Positions 47,740-58,099 of a stretch of DNA of 64,000 nucleotides are shown here, in pieces. Under the pieces are notes generated by a model, which was given only the letters and a program-made list of their open reading frames with translations, had not been told where the DNA came from and searched no databases. Position 1 is the first letter of the stretch; every line of letters begins with the position of its first letter. Origin of the DNA: Cyanophora paradoxa CCMP329. Its lineage: Eukaryota > Plantae > Glaucophyta. Both the position numbers and the translations under genes were made by a program. The stretch is taken from the NCBI GenBank assembly GCA_004431415.1, contig QPMI01000542.1:484373-548372 (forward strand), written 5' to 3'.

Positions 47740-50005
47740 ACTGAGTCACTTGAGTCACTGAGTATAGGTACGGTGGGCTCATGATCATGATCATCTCTCG
47801 AGTCGACTTCACAATTTGCAGACAATTTACAGATGATACCTCAGCAAAAGGCTCACTGAGTCAGTTCTATCTTGATACCTCAGCAAAAGGCGGGCGCCCG
47901 CCGCCCGCCTCAGTGCACACCCCACACACAATTTGCAGACAATTTACAGATGATACCTCAGCAAAAGGCGGGCGCCCGCCGCCCGCCGCCCGCCCGGCCC
48001 CGCGGCCGGCCCGCGCCGGCGCCGCCCGCGCGGCCCCGGCCCCGGGGCCGGGGCCCGGGCGGCGGGGCCCCGCGGCCGCGCGGGGCGGCGCGGGCCCGGC
48101 GCGGGGCCCGGGCCCGGGCGCCGGGCGGGCCGGGCCGCCCGGGCGGCCGCCGGCCAGGCCCTGGCCCCTGAGGGCCGCCAGGCCCTACTATTTTGGCATG
48201 ATGAATCATTGCATTCATGATGCACTGCGGGCCAGTCTGCGGCAATGATGCATGCATGCATGTCATTGGCATCATTGCATGATCCATGCGCATGCATATG
48301 ATACTGTAAGGCTTTTATCATAGTATGTTAAACGGGTCTATAGTTAGATGTTTGCCCACCCACCACAATAGACGCGGACAAAGTTAGTCTAATTAAGACT
48401 CTTAAGTTATAAATTACAAGTTAGACAAACGGCAATTGCCGGGCTGGGGGCCCGGGGGGGGTAGGTAGTCCCCTAGCTAGCCATAGAGCAGAGCTAGCTC
48501 AAGATTAATTAATATTCGGCAATTCATTGCGTCAAATTCGCGGCACATTACGTGTACAGCCTCGGACTCCAGGCTCGGAGGCTCGGACTCCGGAAGAGTC
48601 GGAGAACTCCGAGTCGGAGACTCGGAGTCCGTGATTAATATTCCGGCCCTAATTTCCGGGACCCGGTCACACGGTCTCACACGGAGTCACACCGGTACCG
48701 GGAGTCCCTGAATCGCCGGCGCCGTGCCAGTGTCACGGTGCCACGCGTACGGTCACAGTGTGAGTCTGTGTGACCGTGTCACGGGCGGCGGGCCCACGGC
48801 ACGGTTATCATGATCGCCGCGCCGATATCTGCCATGACGGTCCGCGCGCGGCCCCGCCGGCCCGTGTCGGTGTTATAACGTTATCACTGACGGGTACCGG
48901 TTTACTAGTTCTTTGCCAGCTCAGCGGCGCCGGCTGGCGCGCGGGCCGCGGCGCGGCAGCCTGGCGCCGCTGGGCCAGCATGTTCAACGGTTTCACTACA
49001 CACGCTTGCGAGATTTGCCCTCCAAACGACTCAAAAGCGTGCTTAGAAGCCTCCTGGACTGTTGTAGATGTTTTGTAAATGTGAGCTCTGCTAAGATATG
49101 CGAGATTTGGAGGGAGAAGTACGTACTGCTGCCATTTGCAATTGGGGGTACACCCACAGTGCGAGTACTGTGGGCCAACTAAGTGCGATAGCGACCCTTT
49201 TCTGCTGTCAGATAAGCATAAAATGAGTTTACAGGCTGGAGCCTGGAGGTATACGTACTGTTTAAGACCTTGAACCGCTGCCGCTTCCGCCTTCAGCGCG
49301 AGGGGCTCCAGCAAGAAGTTTTGTATGGGAGCCAAAGTTTCACGTGAAGTTTCAGCGGGCAAGGTGAAACTGAAACTGAAACTTCACTGAAGTAGTGAAG
49401 TTTACGCGAGGTGAAACTTCACCCCGGCAACCCTACCGCTGGCGGCGCTGGCGCGCCCCCGGGCCGGCGCGCCACGCGCCCTGCCAGCTGCAGGCTGGCG
49501 GCACTGCAGCTGGCGCTGCCGCCGGCGCCGGCGCCGCCGCCTGCCGGAGCCTGCCGCAGACTCCGCAGCCTGGCAGTGGCCAGTGGGCTGCCACTGCCTG
49601 TCACCCACTGGCCACTGCCTGCCAGTGGCAGCAGTGCATGCGCACTGCGGCGTGACTGCGCAGTGCGCAGTGGCGGACTGTCACAGTGTGCATGCCTGGC
49701 CATGCCATGCCATGATGATGGCGCATGCGGCCGCGGCATGCGCACTGCTACCACTGCGGCATTGCCAATTTGCCATGACTCAGTGATGAATCACTGATGA
49801 TTGCCAAGTTGCAGACTGTGCACAGTCACTCAGATCATGCCATGCCATGATGAGCTGGCGGCTAGCCTACCGGTAGTATACGTAGTACGGTACGTACTAC
49901 GGTATACCGGTAGCTAGGAAGCTTGTTCGAATTCGCTCAGAGCCTCGGAGATCCGATCGATGATCGATGATCTATATATATATATCATAGACTCATAGCA
50001 TACGT
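47740..50005. repeat. Patchwork of palindromic low-complexity DNA with a 42-bp direct repeat
   Basis: CACAATTTGCAGACAATTTACAGATGATACCTCAGCAAAAGG at ~47810 and ~47927; patches of TGCATGCA, GACTCCGAGTC, TGCCAGTGGCA and TACGTA. Confidence 0.65.
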
Positions 50006-50016
50006 ATTAGCCTAGC

Positions 50017-50974
50017 TTTGCTCGGTAGCTCCCCCGTCGTGGCTCCTCGGGGGCCTCTTCGTCGTCGTCGTTCGCTGGGTTCCGGCTCCGGGTCAGATTT
50101 CTCGCCGGGCTTACCTTCTCCTGGCTCTGCTCCTGGGCCCTCAGCTCCGGGACCGGCTTCCCCGATCTCCTCCCGGACTCGTGGTCGTACCCGTCGCCGG
50201 CTTGCCGAGCCTGCGGCTCCTTCTACTTCCCCCGGCGGTTTGCCGGGCCGGACCCTCCGGCCTTTGTTCTTGATACCGGACTGCCGCCTTTGCCTTCGTC
50301 TTCTGCTTCGCTGGTCGCGATCGTATCCCGCCGGCGCCGGCGTACTTCTTCGTCTTCTAGTTTAGTTCGGTCTGGTTCGGATTCTGATCGTAGTGTTGAT
50401 GCTAGAGTTAGTTTCAATACTAGCTATAGTCCTCGTGCTCGACCTGTTGTTCGCCGTCGTTTGCAGTTCGATTGCCCGCCTCGACCCTGGCCGGCTTTAG
50501 TGATTCCTTTGACTGTCCTTTTGCCTGCTCTTGATCCGCCTGCTCCGCCTCCTGTGTCCTCCTCGACCTCGTGCCGTAGCTCTGCCCTTTCGCATCGTCC
50601 TGCTTCGCCTCCGCCTCCATGTCGTCTTGTTGTTCCTCTTACTTGTCTTCTTCCTGTTATTTATCTTTCTCAATTTTGTCCCCCGCTTCTTAGTGATGTA
50701 ATTCCTTCTGATATTGATGGTATCTCTAGCTCTGGCTCTTCTTCGTGTCAGTTATCCTCTGTCCCTAGATCTGCTCGATTTATCGTCTCTTCTCGCTATC
50801 GATCTGTCTCGAGCTCTGTGTCTTTCCTTTTTTATTGTCGATTTTGGCTCTTTGTCTTATCTTTCTTCGTGCTCTTGTCTTAGTTATTTTGCTTTTTTGT
50901 CTTTATGCCCCCTGGGCAGCCCCCGCAGTGCTGGTGTCTAGAGACTGTGGCCGGTAATTCACCAAAAAAAAAAA
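50017..50974 (+). mobile_element. 5'-truncated non-LTR retrotransposon (or retrocopy) with poly(A) tail and 11-bp TSD
   Basis: ATTAGCCTAGC at 50006-50016 and 50974-50984; A11 at 50964-50974; A-poor, T/C-rich strand unlike the flanks; no RT motifs retained. Confidence 0.82.
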
Positions 50975-51244
50975 TTAGCCTAGCAGCTAGGTCTGCATCA
51001 GACAGTCTGATGCATCATGGCATGGCATGCGGCGGGTCTGTCGGCCTGGCGCGGCGCGCTCCTTCTTTAGCTAGTACCTTGGTAATTGATCGTCCGATCG
51101 TGAGATCGTGAGATCTAGAGATACCGCGGCGGCGCCGCGCGCCGCATGAACGCGCGCTCGAGCTCGGCCACGGCGGGCGGAATTCGAATGCGTGCATGTG
51201 GACGCGTACGGCAGAGCCATATATGTAGAATCGGGCGAGCGCCC

Positions 51245-53430
51245 ATGCCAAGCTGCAGCTGCCGCCGCCAGCGCTGCGCGCTTCCGAATCCATGGCCATG
51301 CATATGGCCAGCCTTCGGCCTTCTCCTTTTTGCCGTTGCTTTTTGCGTCGAGGCGCGGCCTCCGAGCAAGGTTTGTCGGCCCGCAATGAGCCTCGGACCC
51401 GCCGGGCCGGCGCCCAGCGGCCGAAGTGCGAGGCCTACAGCTTCTGACCTGTCTCCGAATGCAGATCCCACCTCTCGGCGTGAAGGAGCTCCATGAGTCG
51501 ACAGGTGCGACTCTCTTGATCGTAACATGATCCCAGCTCTCGCGTGACCGACTAGTACTGGCCAACAGTCACGGAAATCGACTGGTTCGCGCACGTTCCG
51601 GATGTGAGGTTCACTCTGGGGAGGCATCCGCACGGTGGCAGAGAAAGAGAGTACGCGCGACCGCAGCACAGAGCGCACGGCGCCGGAGCCAGCCATTCCC
51701 ACCCGCTCGACGCGGCGTCGGCCCATGATCATGACCGCCACGTGCACGCTGGCTCGCACTCGGGCCCCGCGCGCTCCGCCCTCCGCCGCCACCCTCTGGA
51801 GCATCATTATCCGCAGGCAGGCACTGCAGCTGCTTCCCTAGCTATGTATAGCCCTCACTGCACCTCTGCCCTTACTCGCGATCGCCTGTTGCGCAGCTCA
51901 ACTGGTACCCTGCTGAGAAGCTGCGAAAGCGGAAGGCATTCCCCCCATCATGGGATCTCCCCCCCCTCCCCGGTCCCCTATTCTTACTCTCCCGAGCCCG
52001 CAGGCATACTCCCAGCACATCTCTCGCGCCCTGCGCGGTGGGTACACTGTCGAGCTCCACTATGACAACGCGGTTCGTCCTGGTGCAACAGAGCCCGCTC
52101 GTCGCGATGTCTTAACATGCTGCCAGATTCCGAGGGAGCACGTCTACAACCTGGATGAGGACCATGAGGTCGGTCGCCGGCATACCCCCCCCCCCCCCAA
52201 CTCTTCCCGGACCCCGCCCCCCCCCCCCCCCCCCCCCCCCCCGTCCCCAACTCTTCCCGGGCATCCTTTGCGGGTTTAATAATGCAGCTTCAGTTGGAGT
52301 CCGTGCGCTGTATGGACGGCGCGCTGCACGTTGCCGTCACGAGCCGCGGGGCGGCCGAGCGGCTCTCCAAAATGGTTCACGGGACGTTCCTGGTCGGCTC
52401 GGACATGTGGCGCTGCTCCGAGAGCTCGGGGGAGCCGGGGCCCATTTATCGACAGCTTCTGGACTCCGTTCAGACGCGCGGCGGCGTGACGCTGTTCACC
52501 CGTCCCCGTGCTGCCCTCGACCTGTGGGAGCATCTAGATTTACGCGGGAACCTTGTGCGTCCTTTGCCCTTTGCCCGGCCCGCCTCCGGCGCCCCCGGCC
52601 CGGCCCTCGCGAGCCACCCCTCGATCTCCCCTCACCACCTCGCCAGACCTTCCCTGTGTATCATGATCCAGACTCGTTCGTGGCCTTCCCGCCCGGCCCG
52701 GACGAGCCCGCATCCAGCCCTGACGACGCCGGCGCCGCAGGGCCATCTCGAAGCTGCACCGGAAGGAGAGATCGCCCAGCCGTCTGCCTTCCACGCACGT
52801 GCCGCTGACGTACGCCGAGCGGCGGGCCGAGGCCGCGAAGGCGAGCCGCCGAGCTTGCAATTGGTTCGCGTCGCACGCACGGCGCGCGCGTGACTCGGCC
52901 GCTCTTTTCTGCAGGAGCTCGTGGAGTCGCTGCGGCCATACCGTGTGGGCAACCGGACATTCACCGAGCTGGACAGGGCGGACCTCAGAGATAGGGTGGG
53001 GGCCATCCGTGCAAAGCACGGCCGCCAGGTGAGGCGCCCAGATCTAGATCTAGATCTAGATGTAGATCTCGAATGCAATTTTCTGCAGCTCCGCTTCTGG
53101 GACGACATTGAGGACGCGTTCGATGCGTTGTCCGACCTCATCGACGACCTCGGCGGGGAATACGAGTGCGCGCGTGCTTTACTTTACCTATTGTCATATA
53201 TATACGCGGCGGGCTTAAATTTGAGCGCAGCGTGGAGGTCACTGAACGGATTTTTGTGGACCTTAGCAGAAAGTTCGGCGCGTTCAACTACGGTGCGATG
53301 CGTCCGCGCGGTCGCGCCACTCCTGTCGACGACGGCGTTTTTTGCATATATAGGAGGGCCATCAATGGGCCAAACCCGAAAAGGCAACCTCGAGAGCTCG
53401 AGACTCGGACGTGACGCTTGGATTGCGGAG
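51245..53430 (+). CDS. Putative secreted protein of unknown function, multi-exon, apparently interrupted by the downstream element
   Basis: Hydrophobic signal-like WPAFGLLLFAVAFCVEA; His-rich segment; spliceable exons (GYTVELHYDNA|IPREHVYNLDEDHE|LQLESVRC.., LRFWDDIEDAFD); no stop found before 53457. Confidence 0.5.
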
Positions 53431-53720
53431 GTTCTTATAACCGCCGTAACAGCTGTGGGGGTACCCCTTCCGAGGCTGGCGATCGCGACGATCACGAGCC
53501 GATCGCGACCCTGGTGATCGCGACTTTCTCCCGATCGCGACCCTTTTCGATCGCGATTTCGAGATCGGGGGCATTTCTGCGATCGCGAGAAAGGAAAAAT
53601 CGGAAAAGGCCGAAAAGTGCGTTTTTCACGCGTGAAATCGACCGAAAACGAGGGTTCGAATCCCGGGCCCGGATTTGGACTTGGTCAGAATCTCGAGTCA
53701 AAATGGGAGAAAAATGTGAC

Positions 53721-53747
53721 CTGGGACTTGGGACTTGGGACTTGGGA
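53721..53747 (+). repeat. (GGGACTT)n array 1 (4 GGG tracts)
   Basis: CTGGGACTTGGGACTTGGGACTTGGGA followed by AGAGTTAGA.TCAG.GTCTGG. Confidence 0.9.
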
Positions 53748-53804
53748 AGAGTTAGAATCAGAGTCTGGACTCAAAAGCGGGGAAATTTTCGGACGGGGAG
53801 AAAA

Positions 53805-54274
53805 ATGTCAGGCAATCTCTATTACGATTTCCCCTTTGAGTTGAATATGGCATTCGAGAGGCTGCGCGAGTTCTGGCGTTGGCACCTCACAGGACATGAC
53901 ATTCCCGACATAACACCAGAGCCCAACACACAGGGCGTGCTTGAAGTCATCCGTCAATATCCGCGTCGATTCAATGAATGGATCGAGTTCCACGCAACGA
54001 ACCGTTTCCAGAGTCTCCCGAGGCCATACGCGAAAATTTCGTGAGGCTGGTGGGACCAGGCTACGACAACCCTAACAATCATAGACCACGCCCAGCTGGC
54101 GTGACGCGCGAAGCTCGAGAAGACCGTAGACTTTTCCGCAGGGAATTGAGAGAGGATAGACGGAGGCTTTCAATGGGGCTCCCGCAGATTGTGAGGGGGT
54201 ACAGCCCGGATTACGAGACTTACCAAGAATTGTACGGCTTCGAAAATCCCCTTGAGAGGGTACTACCAGGGTGA
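53805..54274 (+). CDS. Hypothetical viral protein, probably one gene with a frameshift (ORFs 53805-54044 and 53978-54274)
   Basis: AAAAATG start with the element's upstream motif; overlapping open frames. Confidence 0.45.
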
Positions 54275-54612
54275 GGGGCCAGGGGGCCCCCTGAGGGTGT
54301 ACCCCCCATCCGAGACTCGACCTTCGGCGGACGCACTCGGGCAATTTCCGTCAGGCCGGCTCCTTTTTCTGTCTTCGGTCCAACGCTAAATTTGGCTTTT
54401 TTCAGGCCAGTTGGCAACGTTTTCCGTTGCGAACTAGACCGCGAAAAAAATCGGCAACAAAACCGCGGTCCGCCGCCATTTTGCCTCACTCTTGAAACGG
54501 GTTCGCCGCCTTCTCTCAGCCCAAGGAAACCCCGCCTCTCCGAATTTTCACAAGTCCGCTCTCTCAGTCACCTCACGTTTTGCCTTTGCTGATCTCTCTT
54601 CCCTTTGCGCAG

Positions 54613-55662
54613 ATGTCGATTCCCTCTGAGCTTGTCGAGGACCTTGCCAAGGCCCGTGAGATGTGGGCTAAGTCCCGCGATTGGCCTACCCGTGAAATGG
54701 AGAAGCGTGCCCGCAAGCTGGGGTACCTCTACCAAGCTCACAGCGGAGAAGGCTTCCATACCATCAACCTCAACTTTGTATCCTCCCTTCTGCCCAAGTC
54801 CAAGCAACCCAAGCCCGAGCCCAAGCCCGAGCCCGTCGACGTGCCCCCGTCCCGGCTGGGTCAAGACTCCCACTGGCTGGGGCGACCCCAAGCTTTTCGC
54901 CGAGTCTGCCGCCGAGACGCTCGCCTGGGCCTATCCCCCTCAAGTCTTCACGAATTCCCCCCTCCGTCATCGTCGTCATCTGCCCCTCAGCCCGTCGCCG
55001 AGCCCGCTCCCGAGCCAGTCGATGACGCCGAGTCCGAGGCCTCTGACGCCGAGTCTGACATCAACGACTTTATCGACTTTGACGTGCCGATTCAATACGA
55101 CTCTGAGTCCTCTTCCGACTCTGAAGGCGACAACGAAAACCCGACTCGCAAGCGCCGCATTATCAAGACCAAGTCAATCGTCAAGAAGAAGTTCATGGAG
55201 ACCACGTCATTCACCGACAACTCCGAGCGAGTCAAGAATCCCGCCAAGGAACACGAAAAAGACTTGAAGATCGGCGCTGGCATTGCCCGTTCTCGCGTGA
55301 CGTCACACTACACCGAGCGCCTGACTCAGCACGTCAAGACCATTGAGAAGCGCATCATCGCCAAGCGCGAAATGGCCGAACTCCGGCGCAAGTTGCGTCA
55401 CGAGCGCCTTCTTCGTCGCGAGATGACGCTGGCCAAGATTGCCGAGCGCAAGAAGAAGGAGGCAGCGGAACTTAGGGCGCGCGTCGAGGCTCAGCAGCGG
55501 CGCGAGGCAGAGGCGGCAGCGGCCTTGGCGGCGCAGCGCGAGCAGGAGCGGCAGGACTTAGTGCAGGCAGCGCAGGCCCTTCCCCGCATTCCCCTTAAGT
55601 CCGCGCCCGAGGCCCCGATTGACTTGGTTTCCGACGATGACTCTGATTTTGAGATGCTGTAA
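54613..55662 (+). CDS. Hypothetical protein with acidic tract and basic coiled-coil C-terminus
   Basis: 349-codon intronless ORF; ATG follows a pyrimidine tract plus CAG. Confidence 0.75.
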   Translation: MSIPSELVEDLAKAREMWAKSRDWPTREMEKRARKLGYLYQAHSGEGFHTINLNFVSSLLPKSKQPKPEPKPEPVDVPPSRLGQDSHWLGRPQAFRRVCRRDARLGLSPSSLHEFPPPSSSSSAPQPVAEPAPEPVDDAESEASDAESDINDFIDFDVPIQYDSESSSDSEGDNENPTRKRRIIKTKSIVKKKFMETTSFTDNSERVKNPAKEHEKDLKIGAGIARSRVTSHYTERLTQHVKTIEKRIIAKREMAELRRKLRHERLLRREMTLAKIAERKKKEAAELRARVEAQQRREAEAAAALAAQREQERQDLVQAAQALPRIPLKSAPEAPIDLVSDDDSDFEML

Positions 55663-55734
55663 ATAGTATTGCGTCATTCCACTGTACATACTTGTAAAAA
55701 TTGGCCGACTATTCAGTTACGACTTGGCGCGATC

Positions 55735-56194
55735 CTGGGACTTGGGACTTGGGACTTGGGACTTGGGACTTGGGAAGAGTTAGACTCAGGGTCTGGGCCC
55801 AGAGTTTCACTGGATCCGAGAGTTTGCTGCACCAAGTCACTAACCACCGGGCAGACATTTCGAGGGGTACGGAAATCCGCATACGACGTTTCTGGTGACA
55901 TTCCAGGTGAGATTTCAAGCGAGGTAGAGTCTGAAATGCTGTGTGAGGTGTCTGGTGAGATGTCTAGTGAGGTTTCAAGTGTGATGTCGTGTGAGAGGGG
56001 GTACGATTACGGTAACGAACGATGGTAAGAGTAAAAAAGACTACGAGTAAAAAAGACTGTGACTAAAAAAGTCAGTAGAAAAACTCACCTGACTTGTCTG
56101 ACAAATTTCTGATCCTGGAGAAAGTCTGGGCCGGGACCTGGGTTTCAACTCTTCCCAAGTCCCAAGTCCCAAGTCCCAAGTCCCAAGTCCCAGG
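55735..56194. promoter_or_regulatory. Putative control region bounded by inverted (GGGACTT)n arrays (6 GGG tracts each)
   Basis: Array 55735-55775 (+) and 56153-56194 (-) with conserved flanks; internal 12-bp degenerate repeats and GAGTAAAAAAGACT x2. Confidence 0.5.
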
Positions 56195-56215
56195 TTTTTC
56201 CGAACCTAGGGCAAA

Positions 56216-56581
56216 ATGGCCCTGCTCCGGTGCACCGACTCGCAAGACGTCGCCTACAACGTCCTGGTCAACTCGGACGTACCCCCGAGTGCCTTGGAGT
56301 TTCCCTGGAGAGTGGACAGGGACAGGGTGAGCAAGACATTTGGAGGACGCAAGCACTACCTCTCCCAACTGATCCTCGGGAAGTCGCCACGTGGACGCTA
56401 CGTGGAACACATCAACGGCAACCCGCTGGACTACAGGAGGGAGAACCTGCGCTGGGTATCGATGTCGGAGATTCGAAAGAAGAGGAGGGGGTACGCCAAT
56501 TTACAGGAGAAGAGCGAGGAGATTGCGGAGATGATGGAGGCGGCGCAGGCACTAGTGCAGCTCAGCCAGTCTAGACGCTAG
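56216..56581 (+). CDS. HNH endonuclease-like protein (phage HNH_3 type)
   Basis: YLSQLILG...VEHINGNPLDYRRENLRWVS resembles the VDHINGNxLDNRRxNLR motif. Confidence 0.8.
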   Translation: MALLRCTDSQDVAYNVLVNSDVPPSALEFPWRVDRDRVSKTFGGRKHYLSQLILGKSPRGRYVEHINGNPLDYRRENLRWVSMSEIRKKRRGYANLQEKSEEIAEMMEAAQALVQLSQSRR

Positions 56582-57356
56582 TGGTGTGGATCTTAGTGTC
56601 GTACTCGCGGTCAATCGTGCTCCAGGCCACGTAGTTCGTAGCTGTGCCGTTTGCAAGGTTGGTGGTGGCAGTCGTGTAGTCAGCCTCCGCCTCTATCAAT
56701 TCAGCCATGAGCGTAGAGCCCACGACCATTCCAGAGGTAGGCATACCCGCAATGTTGTTGAACAGACGGAAAGTGAATTTCGTGAAGAGGAGCCGGGGCC
56801 AGATCTGGGTACGGGGATTCGAGGAGTCGAAAGCAGAGGCAGTACCCGAAGACCCGCCCGTGGTTGCGTTGGTCATCATTTCCTTTGCGGTCATCTTCCA
56901 GAGATTGTACATTTCGAAGGGGACGGCCTGCGTGGTCTTGTGAGTGGCATCGATGGCGGCGCCGTCTATGTGGGTCTTGGATCCGCCATTAAAAGTGCGG
57001 GTGAGGGCGGTGTTCGCAGTGAACTTGAGCTCGAGCACGCGAATTGCGGGCCGATCGGGCACGGAGGGCTCTATCTTTTTCAGGAGGCCAGAGAGCCAGA
57101 GGGCCTCCGCCTCGTCCGCGCTCACGCCCGAGTCGATGTCAAAGTACACGTACACGGAGCAGGAGGCGGGATTCTCGAAATCGTTGGAGGTGACGCGCAG
57201 CATGATCGGATTCTGGATCTTCACGGTCAGCATGGAGGCGTAGCTGCCGTCCCAGACCACGGAATCCGTCCCGGCGTTGGCCGCCGCAACGGCGTCGCCG
57301 TAGAAATCGGGGGTGGGCAGCACGGTCTTCACGATGGTGCCGGAGGTGGAAGGCAT
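56571..57356 (-). CDS. Beta-rich putative virion protein A (paralog of 57380-58060)
   Basis: ATG at 57356 in AAAATG context; shares QNP, SGL.KK..P, R.LE.KF, NPR....PR..FT.F.F, AEL.E with its neighbour. Confidence 0.7.
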   Translation of the reverse strand: MPSTSGTIVKTVLPTPDFYGDAVAAANAGTDSVVWDGSYASMLTVKIQNPIMLRVTSNDFENPASCSVYVYFDIDSGVSADEAEALWLSGLLKKIEPSVPDRPAIRVLELKFTANTALTRTFNGGSKTHIDGAAIDATHKTTQAVPFEMYNLWKMTAKEMMTNATTGGSSGTASAFDSSNPRTQIWPRLLFTKFTFRLFNNIAGMPTSGMVVGSTLMAELIEAEADYTTATTNLANGTATNYVAWSTIDREYDTKIHTTSV

Positions 57357-57379
57357 TTTGCGACCTCGGATGAGAAAGA

Positions 57380-58060
57380 TTATCCGTAGAAGAGGGCGAT
57401 GTCGTTGCCGATGCCCGAGAGGCGGGCGGCGGGCTGCACGGCGTCGGAGCCCGTGGTGTGCCTGTAGGAAATCGAGCACTCGCGCAGCTCTGCGCAGAGG
57501 CTGGCACCCGTGCTGAAGTGAGGCTGGTCTGCGGCGTAGGGGAGGGGGAAGACCTGGAACTTGAAAAAGGTGAAGGGGAAGCGGGGCAGATTCGATTCGC
57601 GCGGGTTGCCGCCCGTGTAGAGGGCCCCCAGGGTGGCGGGACTTGGATTGAATTTTGTGAAGAGCACGTCGCCCTTGAGCGTACCCCGCGCCGTGTAGGC
57701 GCCCGTACCCGGTAGACTGTTGTCGGTGTACTGGTTCACGGTGGGGCCGTACCCCGTCTCCCTGAACTTTACCTCGAGACAGCGCAGGACGTTGGCCGTG
57801 GCCGTGGCAGGCGCCACCTTTTTCACGAGGCCGGATTCGTGCAGCAGCTCAATGACCTCTGCGCTGAGAGTGGACGGGTCGAAGAAGAGCTGGTAGGAGT
57901 AAATCTTGGGCGTGGCGTAGGCGTTCTGAACGACCTGAATCACGACGGGATTCTGCAGGAAGACGTCGACGTAGCTGCCGGAGGGGATGCACGCGAAATC
58001 CTTGGTGTTGTTGCCAACGTCAAGTGAGCCGCTGAGGGTCTGGTACCAGTTGGAAGTCAT
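57380..58060 (-). CDS. Beta-rich putative virion protein B (paralog of 56571-57356)
   Basis: 226-aa intronless ORF with the same ordered motifs as protein A. Confidence 0.7.
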   Translation of the reverse strand: MTSNWYQTLSGSLDVGNNTKDFACIPSGSYVDVFLQNPVVIQVVQNAYATPKIYSYQLFFDPSTLSAEVIELLHESGLVKKVAPATATANVLRCLEVKFRETGYGPTVNQYTDNSLPGTGAYTARGTLKGDVLFTKFNPSPATLGALYTGGNPRESNLPRFPFTFFKFQVFPLPYAADQPHFSTGASLCAELRECSISYRHTTGSDAVQPAARLSGIGNDIALFYG

Positions 58061-58099
58061 TTACCCCGGCGCAGATATTTTTTCGGATCGTAGAGGAAA

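Noticed and set aside
48808-49362. 184-aa ORF within the palindromic region
   Set aside because: No recognisable motif, no ATG start, and both ends run into low-complexity DNA.
55669-56028. ORF translating the GGGACTT and 12-bp repeats (LGLGTWD.., VSGEMSSE)
   Set aside because: Non-ATG start and sequence dictated by DNA repeats; it lacks the element's start motif.
53721-56194. (CTTGGGA)n as a true telomere or chromosome end
   Set aside because: The arrays are short, internal, in both orientations and have conserved unique flanks.
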